Shown in pieces: positions 32,602 to 44,243 of a stretch of 64,000 nt of DNA. The notes beneath the pieces are model-generated. The model had not been told where the DNA came from. It saw nothing but the letters and a program-made list of their open reading frames with translations, and ran no database searches. How positions within the stretch are numbered: position 1 is the stretch's first letter; the number at the start of each line of letters is the position of its first letter. The position numbers and the translations under genes are program-made. The stretch comes from Sulfuricella sp. (GTDB lineage: Bacteria > Pseudomonadota > Gammaproteobacteria > Burkholderiales > Sulfuricellaceae), in contig JAQTMN010000001.1 of the NCBI GenBank assembly GCA_028714315.1, forward strand, positions 49,578 to 113,577, written 5' to 3'.

Positions 32602-33020
32602 CCGTCATTCCCGCGAAAACGGGAATCCAGTTCTCCAAGGAAACGCTGAATACGTCGTCATCCCCGCGAAGGCGGGGATCCAGGGTTTTGATCTGGCTGG
32701 GTTCCCGCCTTCGCGGGAACGACGAAAGAAACTTGATCAGCGCTTCCCTAAACAATTTGGCTCCACAGAGAGGCCCAGTTGCGATTGTTGCTACAATCAA
32801 TTTAATTTTCCGTTTATGCGGCATGAGCCCCTCTCCCGCAGGCGGGAGAGGGGTTGGGGAGAGGGACTTTGCGCATAGGCAACGTTTGCAGTGGCGCAAA
32901 CACCCTCATCCCCGGCCCTTCTCCCGCCTGCGGGAGAAGGGAGAAAGCCGACCTGAGTAGTTACATCCGTTTTTTCCATGTGCCGAAAATCCTGGATTCC
33001 CGCCTACGCGGGAATGACGG
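32602..33020. repeat. Nested stack of REP/MITE-like elements
   Basis: Outer inverted GTCATTCCCGCG pair, inner element 32637-32750 with AGGAAACGCTGA/TCAGCGCTTCCC ends, and a CCCTCTCCC-family pair at 32828-32942. Confidence 0.75.
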
Positions 33021-33513
33021 CACAGAGAGCCCGCCAATGCTCAATATCGGGTTGACCGCACAATTGTACCAGCAACGCCAGGGCCGCATCCCGGTTGCCC
33101 GACGCTTCCGGCGTCAGCGGCTCGCCCAGGTTGAAGCTTTCGCCGCGCACCGCCAGCAGAAAGGCCGGCGGGGCCGGACGGTGAAAAATTTTTTCGAACA
33201 CGTGCAGCACGGCTTCCGGCGACATTTCGTGGGTGGTGTAGTGGATATCCCGCGCCGGTTGAAGGCGGGATAGCGCGCAGGGCGCGGGGCAGGATACGCT
33301 GGCGTCGATGAACAAGGCGATTTCGCGGTTTTCCAGATCGACGGCGTGCTCGACCTGCAACTGGAAATCGGTCAGCAGCTCCAGCTCGGGCCATTCCGGG
33401 TGATGAAACAGCTGATCGGCGAGCAGGTCGAGCAGTTGCGGTCCGAGCGCGTCGTCGCCCCGGCTCGGGTTTCCGTAGGCAAAAACGAGCAGCGGCGCGG
33501 TCAAATGCCGCAC
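33004..33513 (-). CDS. hoxW: Hydrogenase maturation protease
   Basis: YGNPSRGDDALG, FIDAS and TTHEMSP. Start is GTG 33513 or TTG 33504, overlapping the hoxH stop. Confidence 0.88.
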   Translation of the reverse strand: MRHLTAPLLVFAYGNPSRGDDALGPQLLDLLADQLFHHPEWPELELLTDFQLQVEHAVDLENREIALFIDASVSCPAPCALSRLQPARDIHYTTHEMSPEAVLHVFEKIFHRPAPPAFLLAVRGESFNLGEPLTPEASGNRDAALALLVQLCGQPDIEHWRALCAVIPA

Positions 33514-34982
33514 CGGCCATCGGGCGACTTGATCAGCCGGCTGACCACGGCGCCGCCCGCATCCACCAGTTCCACTTCCAGCGGCATCTTGCCGACGGCG
33601 TGGGTGGCGCAGGACAGGCACGGGTCGAAAGCGCGGATCGCCACTTCGATATGGTTGAGCAGGCCTTCGGTCACTTCCTGGCCGTCCAGATACTGCAAAG
33701 CGACCTGGCGCACGGCTTCGTTCATCGCCTGGTTATTGTGGGTGGTCGAGACGATCAGGTTGGCGCGGACGATCAGGCCGTCCTCGTTGACGCGGTAGTG
33801 ATGGATCAGCGTGCCGCGCGGCGCCTCGATCACGCCGACGCCGCGAAGCGCGGGGGTGCCGGCATTCACAAGGTCGTCGCCCGACAAGTCGTTGTCCAGC
33901 AGGAGTTCCTGGATGCCCTCGGCGGCGTGCAGCATCTCGATCATGCGCGCCCAGTGGTAGGCCAACGTGGCCTGGGTGGCGCTGCTGCCGCCGAATTCCT
34001 TGAATGTCTTGCGTTCGGCCTCGGCGAGGGGGGTCGGGATGAAATCGCAATTGACCACACGCGCCAGCGGGCCGACCCTATACCAGCCTTCTTCCCGACC
34101 GCGCGAGCGGATGAAGGGAAACTTCATGTATGACCAGGGCCGCACTTCCTCGTGGACATAGTCCCAGTAATGGCCGTAATCGACATGGTCGAAAATATCC
34201 TGGCCGTGCTCGTCGCGCGCCCGCAAACCGCCGTGGTACAGGTCGAGCGCGCCGTCGTCCCGCACCAGGCTCATGAAGCTGGATTTGAAATAGCCGAAGC
34301 CGTTGTGAAAATCAGGATTGCCGGTGTAGATCCGCTTGATCAATTCGACCGCAGCCTGGCTCCAGGCCACGATCTGGCCTATATCCTTGCGCAGGAAGAC
34401 GCGCTCTTCGCGCGACAGGTTCTTGTTGACGCCCCCCGGAATCGCCCCGGTGCCGTGGACGCGCTTGCCGGCGGTGAGACGGATGATTTCCTGGCCGTAT
34501 TTGCGCAGCGCCACGCCTTGCCGCGCGATGTCGGGATAGGCCGCCGCCACGCCGACGATGTTGCGCTTGGCGACATCGCTGTCGAAGCCGAACAGTAGGT
34601 CGGGCGAGGCCAGGTAGTAGAAATGCAGCGCGTGCGATTGCAGTATCTGGCCAAAGTGCATCAAGCGGCGCAATTTCTCGGCGGTGGGCGTGAGTTTTGC
34701 GCCGACGATCATGTCCATCGCCTTGGTCGCGCCCAGATGGTGGCTCACCGGGCAAATGCCGCACAGGCGCTGGACCAGCACCGGCACTTCGGTATACGGG
34801 CGGCCCTGAATGAATTTTTCGAAACCGCGGAACTCGACGATGTGAAAGCGCGCCTGATGCACGCGGTTGTCGTCGTCGAGCAGCAGCGTGACCTTGCCGT
34901 GGCCCTCGACGCGGGATACGGGCTCGATCACCACGCGCCTGAGCTTCTCGGGGTTGGCTGCGGTTTCCAGTTCAAAAGTCAT
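33501..34982 (-). CDS. hoxH: NAD-reducing [NiFe] hydrogenase large subunit
   Basis: SRVEGHG, L1 motif QRLCGICPVSH, EAPRG, L2 motif DPCLSCATH plus a cleavable C-terminal tail. Confidence 0.95.
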   Translation of the reverse strand: MTFELETAANPEKLRRVVIEPVSRVEGHGKVTLLLDDDNRVHQARFHIVEFRGFEKFIQGRPYTEVPVLVQRLCGICPVSHHLGATKAMDMIVGAKLTPTAEKLRRLMHFGQILQSHALHFYYLASPDLLFGFDSDVAKRNIVGVAAAYPDIARQGVALRKYGQEIIRLTAGKRVHGTGAIPGGVNKNLSREERVFLRKDIGQIVAWSQAAVELIKRIYTGNPDFHNGFGYFKSSFMSLVRDDGALDLYHGGLRARDEHGQDIFDHVDYGHYWDYVHEEVRPWSYMKFPFIRSRGREEGWYRVGPLARVVNCDFIPTPLAEAERKTFKEFGGSSATQATLAYHWARMIEMLHAAEGIQELLLDNDLSGDDLVNAGTPALRGVGVIEAPRGTLIHHYRVNEDGLIVRANLIVSTTHNNQAMNEAVRQVALQYLDGQEVTEGLLNHIEVAIRAFDPCLSCATHAVGKMPLEVELVDAGGAVVSRLIKSPDGRCGI

Positions 34983-35030
34983 AGAGTTGCCCAAAAGCGT
35001 AGTAGTTCAGCCAACTTGATCACAGTGGCT

Positions 35031-35163
35031 GTGGGTCGGGCTTTAGCCTGACATGTACGGCTGAAGCCGTACCCACAACAATTCGTGTAACCCGCTGTTT
35101 CATCTTGGCGGACCAGTAGGGCCGAATTCATTCGGCCGGTCGTGCGAATAAATTCGCACCTGC
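35031..35163. repeat. REP-like palindromes inside the hox operon
   Basis: GTACGGCTGAAGCCGTACCCACAAC (near-identical copy at 45685-45709) and GTAGGGGCCGAATTCATTCGGCC. Confidence 0.6.
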
Positions 35164-35168
35164 AACAA

Positions 35169-35711
35169 TCAATCGAAATGCAGCTGCTCGTATTCCAGCT
35201 TCGGCTCCCGCCCCGCCAGCAAGTCGGTGAGGAACCGCCAGATCGCGTCGCCCGACGGCGGGCAGCCGGGCAGGAAATAATCCACTTTCACCACTTCGTA
35301 AATCGGGTGCACCTTGTCGAACGGCAGCGGCAATTCCGGGTCGTTCGGCACGACGCCGCCTTCCAGGCCGCCTTCGTACTGATACACCTCCTGGAAACAA
35401 TCCCACAGGTCGATGTTGTTGCGCAGGGATGGCAGCCCGCCGTTGATGGCGCAGGCGCCGATCGCCACCAGCACCTTGCAGTTCTTGCGGAATTCCTTGA
35501 GCACGTGGACGTTTTCCGCGTTGCACACGCCGCCTTCGACGATGCCGACATCGCACGGGCCGCAGTGCTTGATGTCGGTGAGCGGGGTGCGGTCGAATTC
35601 GATCAGCTCGACCAGGTCGAACAGGCGTTCGTCGATATCGAGAAACGACATGTGGCAGCCGAAACAGCCGGCCAGCGAGCAGGTCGCCAGGCGAATCTGG
35701 CGCTCAGTCAT
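35169..35711 (-). CDS. hoxY: NAD-reducing hydrogenase small subunit
   Basis: SLAGCFGCHMS, GACAINGG and LPGCPP. Confidence 0.94.
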   Translation of the reverse strand: MTERQIRLATCSLAGCFGCHMSFLDIDERLFDLVELIEFDRTPLTDIKHCGPCDVGIVEGGVCNAENVHVLKEFRKNCKVLVAIGACAINGGLPSLRNNIDLWDCFQEVYQYEGGLEGGVVPNDPELPLPFDKVHPIYEVVKVDYFLPGCPPSGDAIWRFLTDLLAGREPKLEYEQLHFD

Positions 35712-36407
35712 GCCCGCCCCCGGTCTGGATTTCCTTGATGGTGTGATGGTCGAAAACGCGGCGGCCGATGGGCACGGTGAACCCCTTGCCCTTCTGCAGG
35801 ATCGCGCCGGTCGGGCAGACCTGGACGGCCTTGTCGGTGGCCGCCAGGCTGGTGTCGCCCAGCCGCCCGCTGGCGGAGTTGACCACCAGCGAGGACTGGA
35901 TGCCGCGCCCGGACAGGCCAAACACGTTCTTGCCGTCCGCGTCCCGGCTGGCGCGCACGCACAGCTCGCAATAGATGCAGCGGTTGCGGTCGAGAATCAC
36001 GTCGGGATGCGAGGCATCGACCTCGCGTTGCGGGTAGAAATGGTTGTAATGCGGGCTCATCATGCCGAGGTAGTAGGCCACCGCCTGCAACTGGCAATTG
36101 CCGCTCTTCTCGCAGGCCGGGCACAGGTGGTTGCCCTCGACGAACAGCATCTGGGTCAGCGCCAGCCGGTCGGCGTTGAGTTCGTCGGTGTCGTTAAGCA
36201 CTTGCTGCCCTTCCACCGCCGGCATGGTGCAGGAGGCGACGTTGCGGCCGTTGACCTTGACCGTGCACAGCTTGCAGCTGCCGTGCGGCTTGAATTCCGG
36301 GTTATGGCACAAGCGCGGGATATAGACGCCCGCCGCCAGCGCCGCGTCCATGATGGTCTGGCCTTCCTGGAACGGCACGCTCAGGCCGTCGATGGTGATG
36401 GTTTTAT

Positions 36408-36411
<4 letters not shown>
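35704..36411 (-). CDS. hoxU: NAD-reducing hydrogenase diaphorase Fe-S subunit
   Basis: IPRLC..GSCKLC, HLCPACEKSGNCQLQ and RCIYCELCVR..CPTGA. Confidence 0.94.
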
Positions 36412-38246
<1,835 letters not shown>

Positions 38247-38295
38247 CCGGCATTTACAGGATTCTTAATTGTAGCGATTGGATGTGACAGCGAGA

Positions 38296-39975
38296 TTAAT
38301 CCCGGCCGGCCCGCCAGATCGACAAAATCAGCCAGGCGCTGTTGAAGAAGGCCGCCATGAAGCCGAGCAGTCCGAACAACGGCAGCCCGAACAGGGTCGG
38401 CCCGCCCTGCACCGTCATCACGATCGAGGAGCCGATCACCAGCGAAGCCGTCAGGATGCCGAGCGTGAGGCGATTGACGCTGTGGTCGATCTGGTGGGAA
38501 AAACGGTCGAGGCGTTTGAGGTCGAGATCGATCTTGAACCTGCCGCGCCGCGCTTCCTTGATCAGCCGCGCCACGTCGCGCGGCAGACCGGTGACGATGG
38601 AGAGCATATCGTGGAGATTGCGTTTGCCGCGCTTGAGCAAAGCCTCCGGCATATAGCGCTCGGTGATCACCTGCCGCACGAACGGTGTGATGTGCTCGAC
38701 CATTTCGAATTTAGGGTCGAGCTGGCGCCCCAGGCCTTCCAGCGTGATCAGCGCCTTGAACAGCAGGGCGAGATCGGCGGGCATGACCAAGTAATGGTCG
38801 CGCATGATCACCGTCAGCTCGCCCAGCAGCGCGCCCAGGCGCAAGTCCTGCAGCGGCACGCTGGCATAGTTGAAGACGAATTCGTTGACGTCGGCGGCAA
38901 GGCGGGATTCGTCCACCGTGCCGTCGCCGGTCCATTCCAGCAGCACGTCGAGCATGGCCTCGTCGTCCTTGTGGGCCAGTGCGGCGAGCAGGTTGACGAT
39001 CTGGTTGCGGCGCCCGTCCGACAGCCGCCCCACCATGCCGAAGTCGATCATCGCGATGCGGTTGCCGGGCAGGTAGAACACATTGCCCGGATGCGGATCG
39101 GCGTGATAGAAACCATCAACCATGATCATCTTGAGCACCGCGTCGGCGCCGCGCGCGGCAAGCAGCTTGCGGTCCAGCCCCGCCGCTTCGGCCGCCGCCA
39201 GGTTGTTGCCGGGCAGGCCGTCCACCCACTGCTGCACGTTCATGGTTTCGCTGGTCCATTCCCAGTAGACCTTGGGAATCACGATGGTGTCCGAGCCGGC
39301 GAAGTTCTCGGCAAAACGGTCGATATTGCGCGCCTCGGCGGCGAAATCGAGCTCGCGCAGCAGCGAGCGGGAGAATTGCTGGACGATCTGGATCGGCTGG
39401 TAGCGCCGCAGCTCGGGAATGTCGAATTCCACCAGACGGGCGAGATGGGTCAGGATGCGCAAGTCCGCGTCGATCTTGGCGCGGATGCCGGGGCGGCGAA
39501 TTTTCAGGATCACCGGCGTGCCGTCGGCGAGTTTGGCATGGTGCACCTGGGCGATGGAAGCCGCCGCGGCGGCCTCGACCTGCACCTCCGAGAAAATATC
39601 GTGCACGAAGCCGCCCAGGGCGGCTTCGAGTTGCGGCAACAGGCTGTCGAAAGGCACCGGCGGCACGCAGCTTTGCAGCTTTTCGAATTCGGCGATCCAG
39701 TTGGGCGGGAACACGTCCACCCGCGTCGCCATCACCTGCCCGAGCTTGACGAAAGTCGGGCCGAGTTCCTCAAGGGCGCGCCGCACCCGCACCGGCGCTT
39801 CGAGGTGCATGACATCGCTTTGCGCCTTCCAGTGCAGGATGCGCCCGGCCCGTTCCAGCAAAGTGCCGATGCCCAGCGAGCGCACGATGTCCGCCATGCC
39901 GTAGCGGATCAACGTCGTGGTAATTTCGTGCAGGCGCGGCAGGTCGCGCACTACATTGATGGTTCCCCAGATCAT
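38296..39975 (-). CDS. ABC1/UbiB (AarF) family atypical kinase
   Basis: LGPTFVKLGQ, AASIAQVH, HADPHPGN and IDFGMVG; two C-terminal TM helices. Confidence 0.92.
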   Translation of the reverse strand: MIWGTINVVRDLPRLHEITTTLIRYGMADIVRSLGIGTLLERAGRILHWKAQSDVMHLEAPVRVRRALEELGPTFVKLGQVMATRVDVFPPNWIAEFEKLQSCVPPVPFDSLLPQLEAALGGFVHDIFSEVQVEAAAAASIAQVHHAKLADGTPVILKIRRPGIRAKIDADLRILTHLARLVEFDIPELRRYQPIQIVQQFSRSLLRELDFAAEARNIDRFAENFAGSDTIVIPKVYWEWTSETMNVQQWVDGLPGNNLAAAEAAGLDRKLLAARGADAVLKMIMVDGFYHADPHPGNVFYLPGNRIAMIDFGMVGRLSDGRRNQIVNLLAALAHKDDEAMLDVLLEWTGDGTVDESRLAADVNEFVFNYASVPLQDLRLGALLGELTVIMRDHYLVMPADLALLFKALITLEGLGRQLDPKFEMVEHITPFVRQVITERYMPEALLKRGKRNLHDMLSIVTGLPRDVARLIKEARRGRFKIDLDLKRLDRFSHQIDHSVNRLTLGILTASLVIGSSIVMTVQGGPTLFGLPLFGLLGFMAAFFNSAWLILSIWRAGRD

Positions 39976-39982
39976 TAGCCGG

Positions 39983-40654
39983 CTATTCGCCCTTTTTGAG
40001 TTTTTCGGCCTTTTCGTGCAAAGCATCCGCCATGCCGGCAAGAATGCCGCTGGTAAGCGAGGCGAGCCGCGCGCTCATCTCCCGCGCCGTCTCCTTGCCG
40101 TTGGCTTTGCTTTCCTGGAACGTCGCGGAAACCTTGTTGCCGAGCGTGCCCATCGTTTCAGCCACCTTGTGGCCGGTGTCCGTGCCGGTCCGTCGCGCGT
40201 GGGCGATCAGGTCCTTCATTTCCTGCTTGATCCTGCCCGTCGCCGTCTCGGCGGCCTCGCCCACGCCTTCGAGGAATTCCTCTTCCAGCCGCTTCAGGTT
40301 GACCAGCGCCCAGCTCAAATCACTTTCCGAAAAATCCCTGGCCTGCGAAGTCAGTTGTTGCAGCGCCAGGCGCGTGGCTTCCGCCGCCTTGGTCAGCGCC
40401 TCGTCGAGCCCCGCCAGTCCCTCGGACAGCGCCGACTTCACCTCGCCCGCGCGCCTGGACGCCCCCAGGCTGATGCCCGCGGTCACGGCATTGATGACCG
40501 GCTTGATTTCCTCGGCGCTCAGCTTGCGGGTTTTCAGGGCTTGCAGGGTCAGATTGCGGACTTTGTCGCGAATATCCACGCCTTCTTCCACCGAAGCGCT
40601 CACCGCTTCCTTGATTTCTTCCGGGGAAAGCCGGTTCGGGTCGTTTTCATCCAT
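39983..40654 (-). CDS. Uncharacterised Ala/Glu-rich alpha-helical protein
   Basis: 223-aa ORF with GGAG RBS, co-oriented with and 7 nt upstream of the ABC1 kinase. Confidence 0.8.
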   Translation of the reverse strand: MDENDPNRLSPEEIKEAVSASVEEGVDIRDKVRNLTLQALKTRKLSAEEIKPVINAVTAGISLGASRRAGEVKSALSEGLAGLDEALTKAAEATRLALQQLTSQARDFSESDLSWALVNLKRLEEEFLEGVGEAAETATGRIKQEMKDLIAHARRTGTDTGHKVAETMGTLGNKVSATFQESKANGKETAREMSARLASLTSGILAGMADALHEKAEKLKKGE

Positions 40655-40743
40655 GGCGGTCTCCTTAGCGTTAAAAGGCTTGGTAATTATTCAACCTGAA
40701 ATCTAGCAGAAATTGCACTATAATTGCCGAATTTTACAGCGTC

Positions 40744-43700
40744 ATGAAGTTACTCGGCCCATCCCTTCCCGCCCCCGGTTCGCGCAAACGTTTCAGCAAG
40801 CTCCACGGATCGAGCGATGCCCTGGCGTTGGCGCAACTGGCGGATCAGGCCCGGCCTTTGATCGTACTCACTGAGACAGCGGCCGACGCCCAGCGGTTGC
40901 ATGACGAAATCCCCTATTTCGCACCCAATCTGTCGGTCCATCTGCTGCCGGACTGGGAGACCCTGCCCTACGACCAGTTCTCGCCCCATCAGGACCTGAT
41001 TTCGGAGCGCCTGGCAACACTCTACCAGATTTCGCAAAACGCATGCGATATCGCTATCGTCCCGGCCACCACCGCGCTTTACCGCCTGCCGCCGCGTGAA
41101 TTCCTCGCCGCGCATACCTTCTTCCTGAAACAGGGAACCGAGCTCGACCTGGATGCCCTGCGCGGCCAATTGACCCTGGCAGGCTATACCCATGTCACCC
41201 AGGTATTGAGCCCCGGCGAATACAGCGTGCGCGGCGGCATCGTCGATTTGTTCCCGATGGGCAGCCCGCTCCCCTATCGGCTGGATTTGTTCGACAACGA
41301 AATCGAGACCATCCGCACCTTCGACGCCGACACCCAGCGCAGCATCTACCCGGTCAAGGAAATACGGCTCCTGCCGGCGCGCGAATTCCCGCTCGATAAA
41401 ATCGGCCAGGACACTTTCCGCCGCAATTTCCGCGAAAAATTCGAGGGCGACCCGTCGAAAAGCCGCTTGTACAAGGATGTCAGCCAAGGCATGGCGCCGC
41501 CCGGCATCGAATATTACCTGCCGCTATTCTTCGACAAGACCGACACGCTGTTCGACTACCTGCCGCAGAACGCGCTGGTTTGCCTCCACGCCGGGCTGGA
41601 AACCGCGGCGCAAAATTTCTGGAAGGACACCCAGTCGCGCTATCAGTTGCTGCGCGGCGACCGCGACCGCCCCCTGCTGCCGCCGCAGGAGCTGTTCCTG
41701 CCGGTGGAGACGCTGTTCGCCGCGCTGAAGCCCTACCCCCGCATCGAAATCGGCGCTGAACCAGACTCGGCACTCGGCACTCAGCACTCGGTACTGCCTT
41801 TGCCTTCCATCCAGGTGGACCGCCGCGCCGACAACCCGATCAGCCTGCTGCAGAAATTCCTGAACGAATTCGATGGCCGCGCCCTGCTGGTGGCGGAAAG
41901 CCTGGGCCGGCGCGAAACCATGGCGCAGTTCCTGGCGGAGCATGGCCTGAAACCGGCCGTATGCGAGAGCTACGCCGATTTCCTCGCCGCCGGCGATGCG
42001 TTCATGCTCGGCGTGGGGCCGTTGAGCACCGGGTTCATCACCCCTCGCCCCGCGCCTCTCGCCTTCATCACCGAGAGCGAGCTCTACGCCACTCAGGTAC
42101 GCCAGTCCCGTCGCCGCGACGCCGCGCGCAAGTCGTCCACGGAGAACATGCTGCGCGACCTGTCCGAGGTGCGCATCAACGATCCGGTCGTCCACGAACT
42201 GCATGGCATCGGCCGCTACCTGGGGCTGGTCAGCCTCGACCTGGGCGAGGGCGAAACCGAATTTCTCCATCTCGAATACGCCGGTGGCGACAAGCTCTAC
42301 GTGCCGGTTTCGCACCTGCACCTGATCGGCCGCTACAGCGGCGCATCGCCGGAATCCGCGCCGTTGCATCGCCTCGGCAGCGGCCAATGGGAAAAGGCCA
42401 AGAAAAAGGCACTCAAGCAGGCACGCGACACCGCGGCCGAGCTGCTCAATCTCTATGCGCAGCGCGCCGCGCGCCAAGGACACGTATTCCGGATCAAGCC
42501 GCAGGATTACGAGACTTTTGCCGCCGGTTTCCCGTTCGAGGAAACGCCGGATCAGGCGGCCGCGATCCTGGCGGTGATCGAGGACATGAAATCCGGCCGG
42601 CCGATGGATCGGCTGATTTGCGGCGACGTCGGCTTCGGCAAGACCGAAGTGGCGCTGCGCGCGGCCTTCGTCGCTGTGGCGGACGGCAAGCAGGTGGCCA
42701 TCCTGGTGCCCACCACCCTCCTCGCCGAGCAGCATTTCCAGAATTTTTCCGACCGCTTCGCGGAGTGGCCGATCAAGATCGGCGAACTATCCCGCTTCCG
42801 CTCCGCGAAGGAACAAACCGAGGCGCTCAAGGGGCTGGCCGAAGGCAAGATCGACATCATCATCGGCACCCACAAGCTGATCCAGAAGGATGTCAAATTC
42901 AAGAATCTGGGACTGGTCATCGTCGATGAAGAGCACCGCTTCGGCGTGCGCCAGAAGGAACAGCTCAAGGCGCTGCGCGCCGAAGTGGACGTGCTGACAC
43001 TGACCGCGACGCCAATCCCGCGCACCCTGTCGATGTCGCTGGAGGGCCTGCGCGACTTTTCGGTGATCGCCACCGCGCCGCAGCGGCGCCTATCGATCAA
43101 GACCTTCGTCTCGCCCTACAGCGAAGGCATCATCCGCGAGGCGGTACTGCGCGAGCTCAAGCGCGGCGGACAGGTGTATTTCCTGCACAACGAGGTCGAT
43201 ACCATCCTCAACATGCAGGAAAAGCTGGCCCAACTTCTGCCCGAAGCGCGCATCGGCATCGCCCACGGCCAGCTGCGCGAACGCGAGCTGGAACATGTGA
43301 TGCGCGACTTCTACCAGCAGCATTTCAACCTGCTGCTGTGCAGCACCATCATCGAAACCGGCATCGACATTCCCACCGCCAACACCATCATCATCCACCG
43401 CGCCGACAAGTTCGGGCTGGCCCAATTGCACCAGCTGCGCGGCCGGGTCGGGCGTTCGCATCACCAGGCTTACGCCTACCTGCTCACGCCCGGCGACGAG
43501 GCCATCACCACGCAGGCGAAGAAACGCCTGGAGGCGATCCAGTCGCTGGAAGACCTGGGCGCCGGCTTCTATCTGGCCATGCACGATCTGGAAATCCGCG
43601 GCGCAGGCGAAATCCTGGGCGACTCGCAAAGCGGGGAGATGCAGGAAATTGGCTTCAACCTCTATTCCGACATGCTCAACCAGGCAGTGAAAGCACTTAA

Positions 43701-44169
43701 AGCCGGCAAGGAACCGGACATCGCGCAACCGCTCGGGGTGACCACCGAAATCAACCTGCACAGCCCGGCGCTGCTGCCCAACGACTACTGCGGCGATGTC
43801 AACGAGCGCCTGACGCTATACAAGCGCCTCGCCAACTGCGCCACGCTGGAGGAACTCGACCGGATCAACGAGGAGCTGATCGACCGCTTCGGCCTGCTGC
43901 CGGAATCGGCCGGCTCACTGCTCGACACGCACCGCCTGCGCATCCTCGCCAAGCCCCTCGGCATCGCCAAGATCGACGCCAGCAGCGGCGGCATCGTGCT
44001 GCAATTCCTTCCCAATCCGCCGATCGATCCGGTTAAAATCATCCAGATGATCCAGACCAAGCCGGGCTGCAAGCTGGCCGGCCCGGACCGGCTGAAAATC
44101 AGCAGGGAAATGCCGGAGGTAAAAAACCGGGTTGAGCAGATTAACGTTTTGTTGAAAGAACTGAGTTGA
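40744..44169 (+). CDS. mfd: Transcription-repair coupling factor
   Basis: DWETLPYD, CarD/RID region, CGDVGFGKT, DEEHRFG, QLRGRVGR and DLEIRGAG. Confidence 0.98.
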   Translation: MKLLGPSLPAPGSRKRFSKLHGSSDALALAQLADQARPLIVLTETAADAQRLHDEIPYFAPNLSVHLLPDWETLPYDQFSPHQDLISERLATLYQISQNACDIAIVPATTALYRLPPREFLAAHTFFLKQGTELDLDALRGQLTLAGYTHVTQVLSPGEYSVRGGIVDLFPMGSPLPYRLDLFDNEIETIRTFDADTQRSIYPVKEIRLLPAREFPLDKIGQDTFRRNFREKFEGDPSKSRLYKDVSQGMAPPGIEYYLPLFFDKTDTLFDYLPQNALVCLHAGLETAAQNFWKDTQSRYQLLRGDRDRPLLPPQELFLPVETLFAALKPYPRIEIGAEPDSALGTQHSVLPLPSIQVDRRADNPISLLQKFLNEFDGRALLVAESLGRRETMAQFLAEHGLKPAVCESYADFLAAGDAFMLGVGPLSTGFITPRPAPLAFITESELYATQVRQSRRRDAARKSSTENMLRDLSEVRINDPVVHELHGIGRYLGLVSLDLGEGETEFLHLEYAGGDKLYVPVSHLHLIGRYSGASPESAPLHRLGSGQWEKAKKKALKQARDTAAELLNLYAQRAARQGHVFRIKPQDYETFAAGFPFEETPDQAAAILAVIEDMKSGRPMDRLICGDVGFGKTEVALRAAFVAVADGKQVAILVPTTLLAEQHFQNFSDRFAEWPIKIGELSRFRSAKEQTEALKGLAEGKIDIIIGTHKLIQKDVKFKNLGLVIVDEEHRFGVRQKEQLKALRAEVDVLTLTATPIPRTLSMSLEGLRDFSVIATAPQRRLSIKTFVSPYSEGIIREAVLRELKRGGQVYFLHNEVDTILNMQEKLAQLLPEARIGIAHGQLRERELEHVMRDFYQQHFNLLLCSTIIETGIDIPTANTIIIHRADKFGLAQLHQLRGRVGRSHHQAYAYLLTPGDEAITTQAKKRLEAIQSLEDLGAGFYLAMHDLEIRGAGEILGDSQSGEMQEIGFNLYSDMLNQAVKALKAGKEPDIAQPLGVTTEINLHSPALLPNDYCGDVNERLTLYKRLANCATLEELDRINEELIDRFGLLPESAGSLLDTHRLRILAKPLGIAKIDASSGGIVLQFLPNPPIDPVKIIQMIQTKPGCKLAGPDRLKISREMPEVKNRVEQINVLLKELS

Positions 44170-44210
44170 GTGAGGAGCAAAACCGCCGTTTTTGGTCGTG
44201 CTCCTCACTC
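44168..44210. repeat. Inverted repeat between mfd and DUF1015
   Basis: GAGTGAGGAGCA...TGCTCCTCACTC (12-bp arms). Confidence 0.6.
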
Positions 44211-44243
44211 CAGACTCCTCACCGAATTTATTAAGGAACCACC

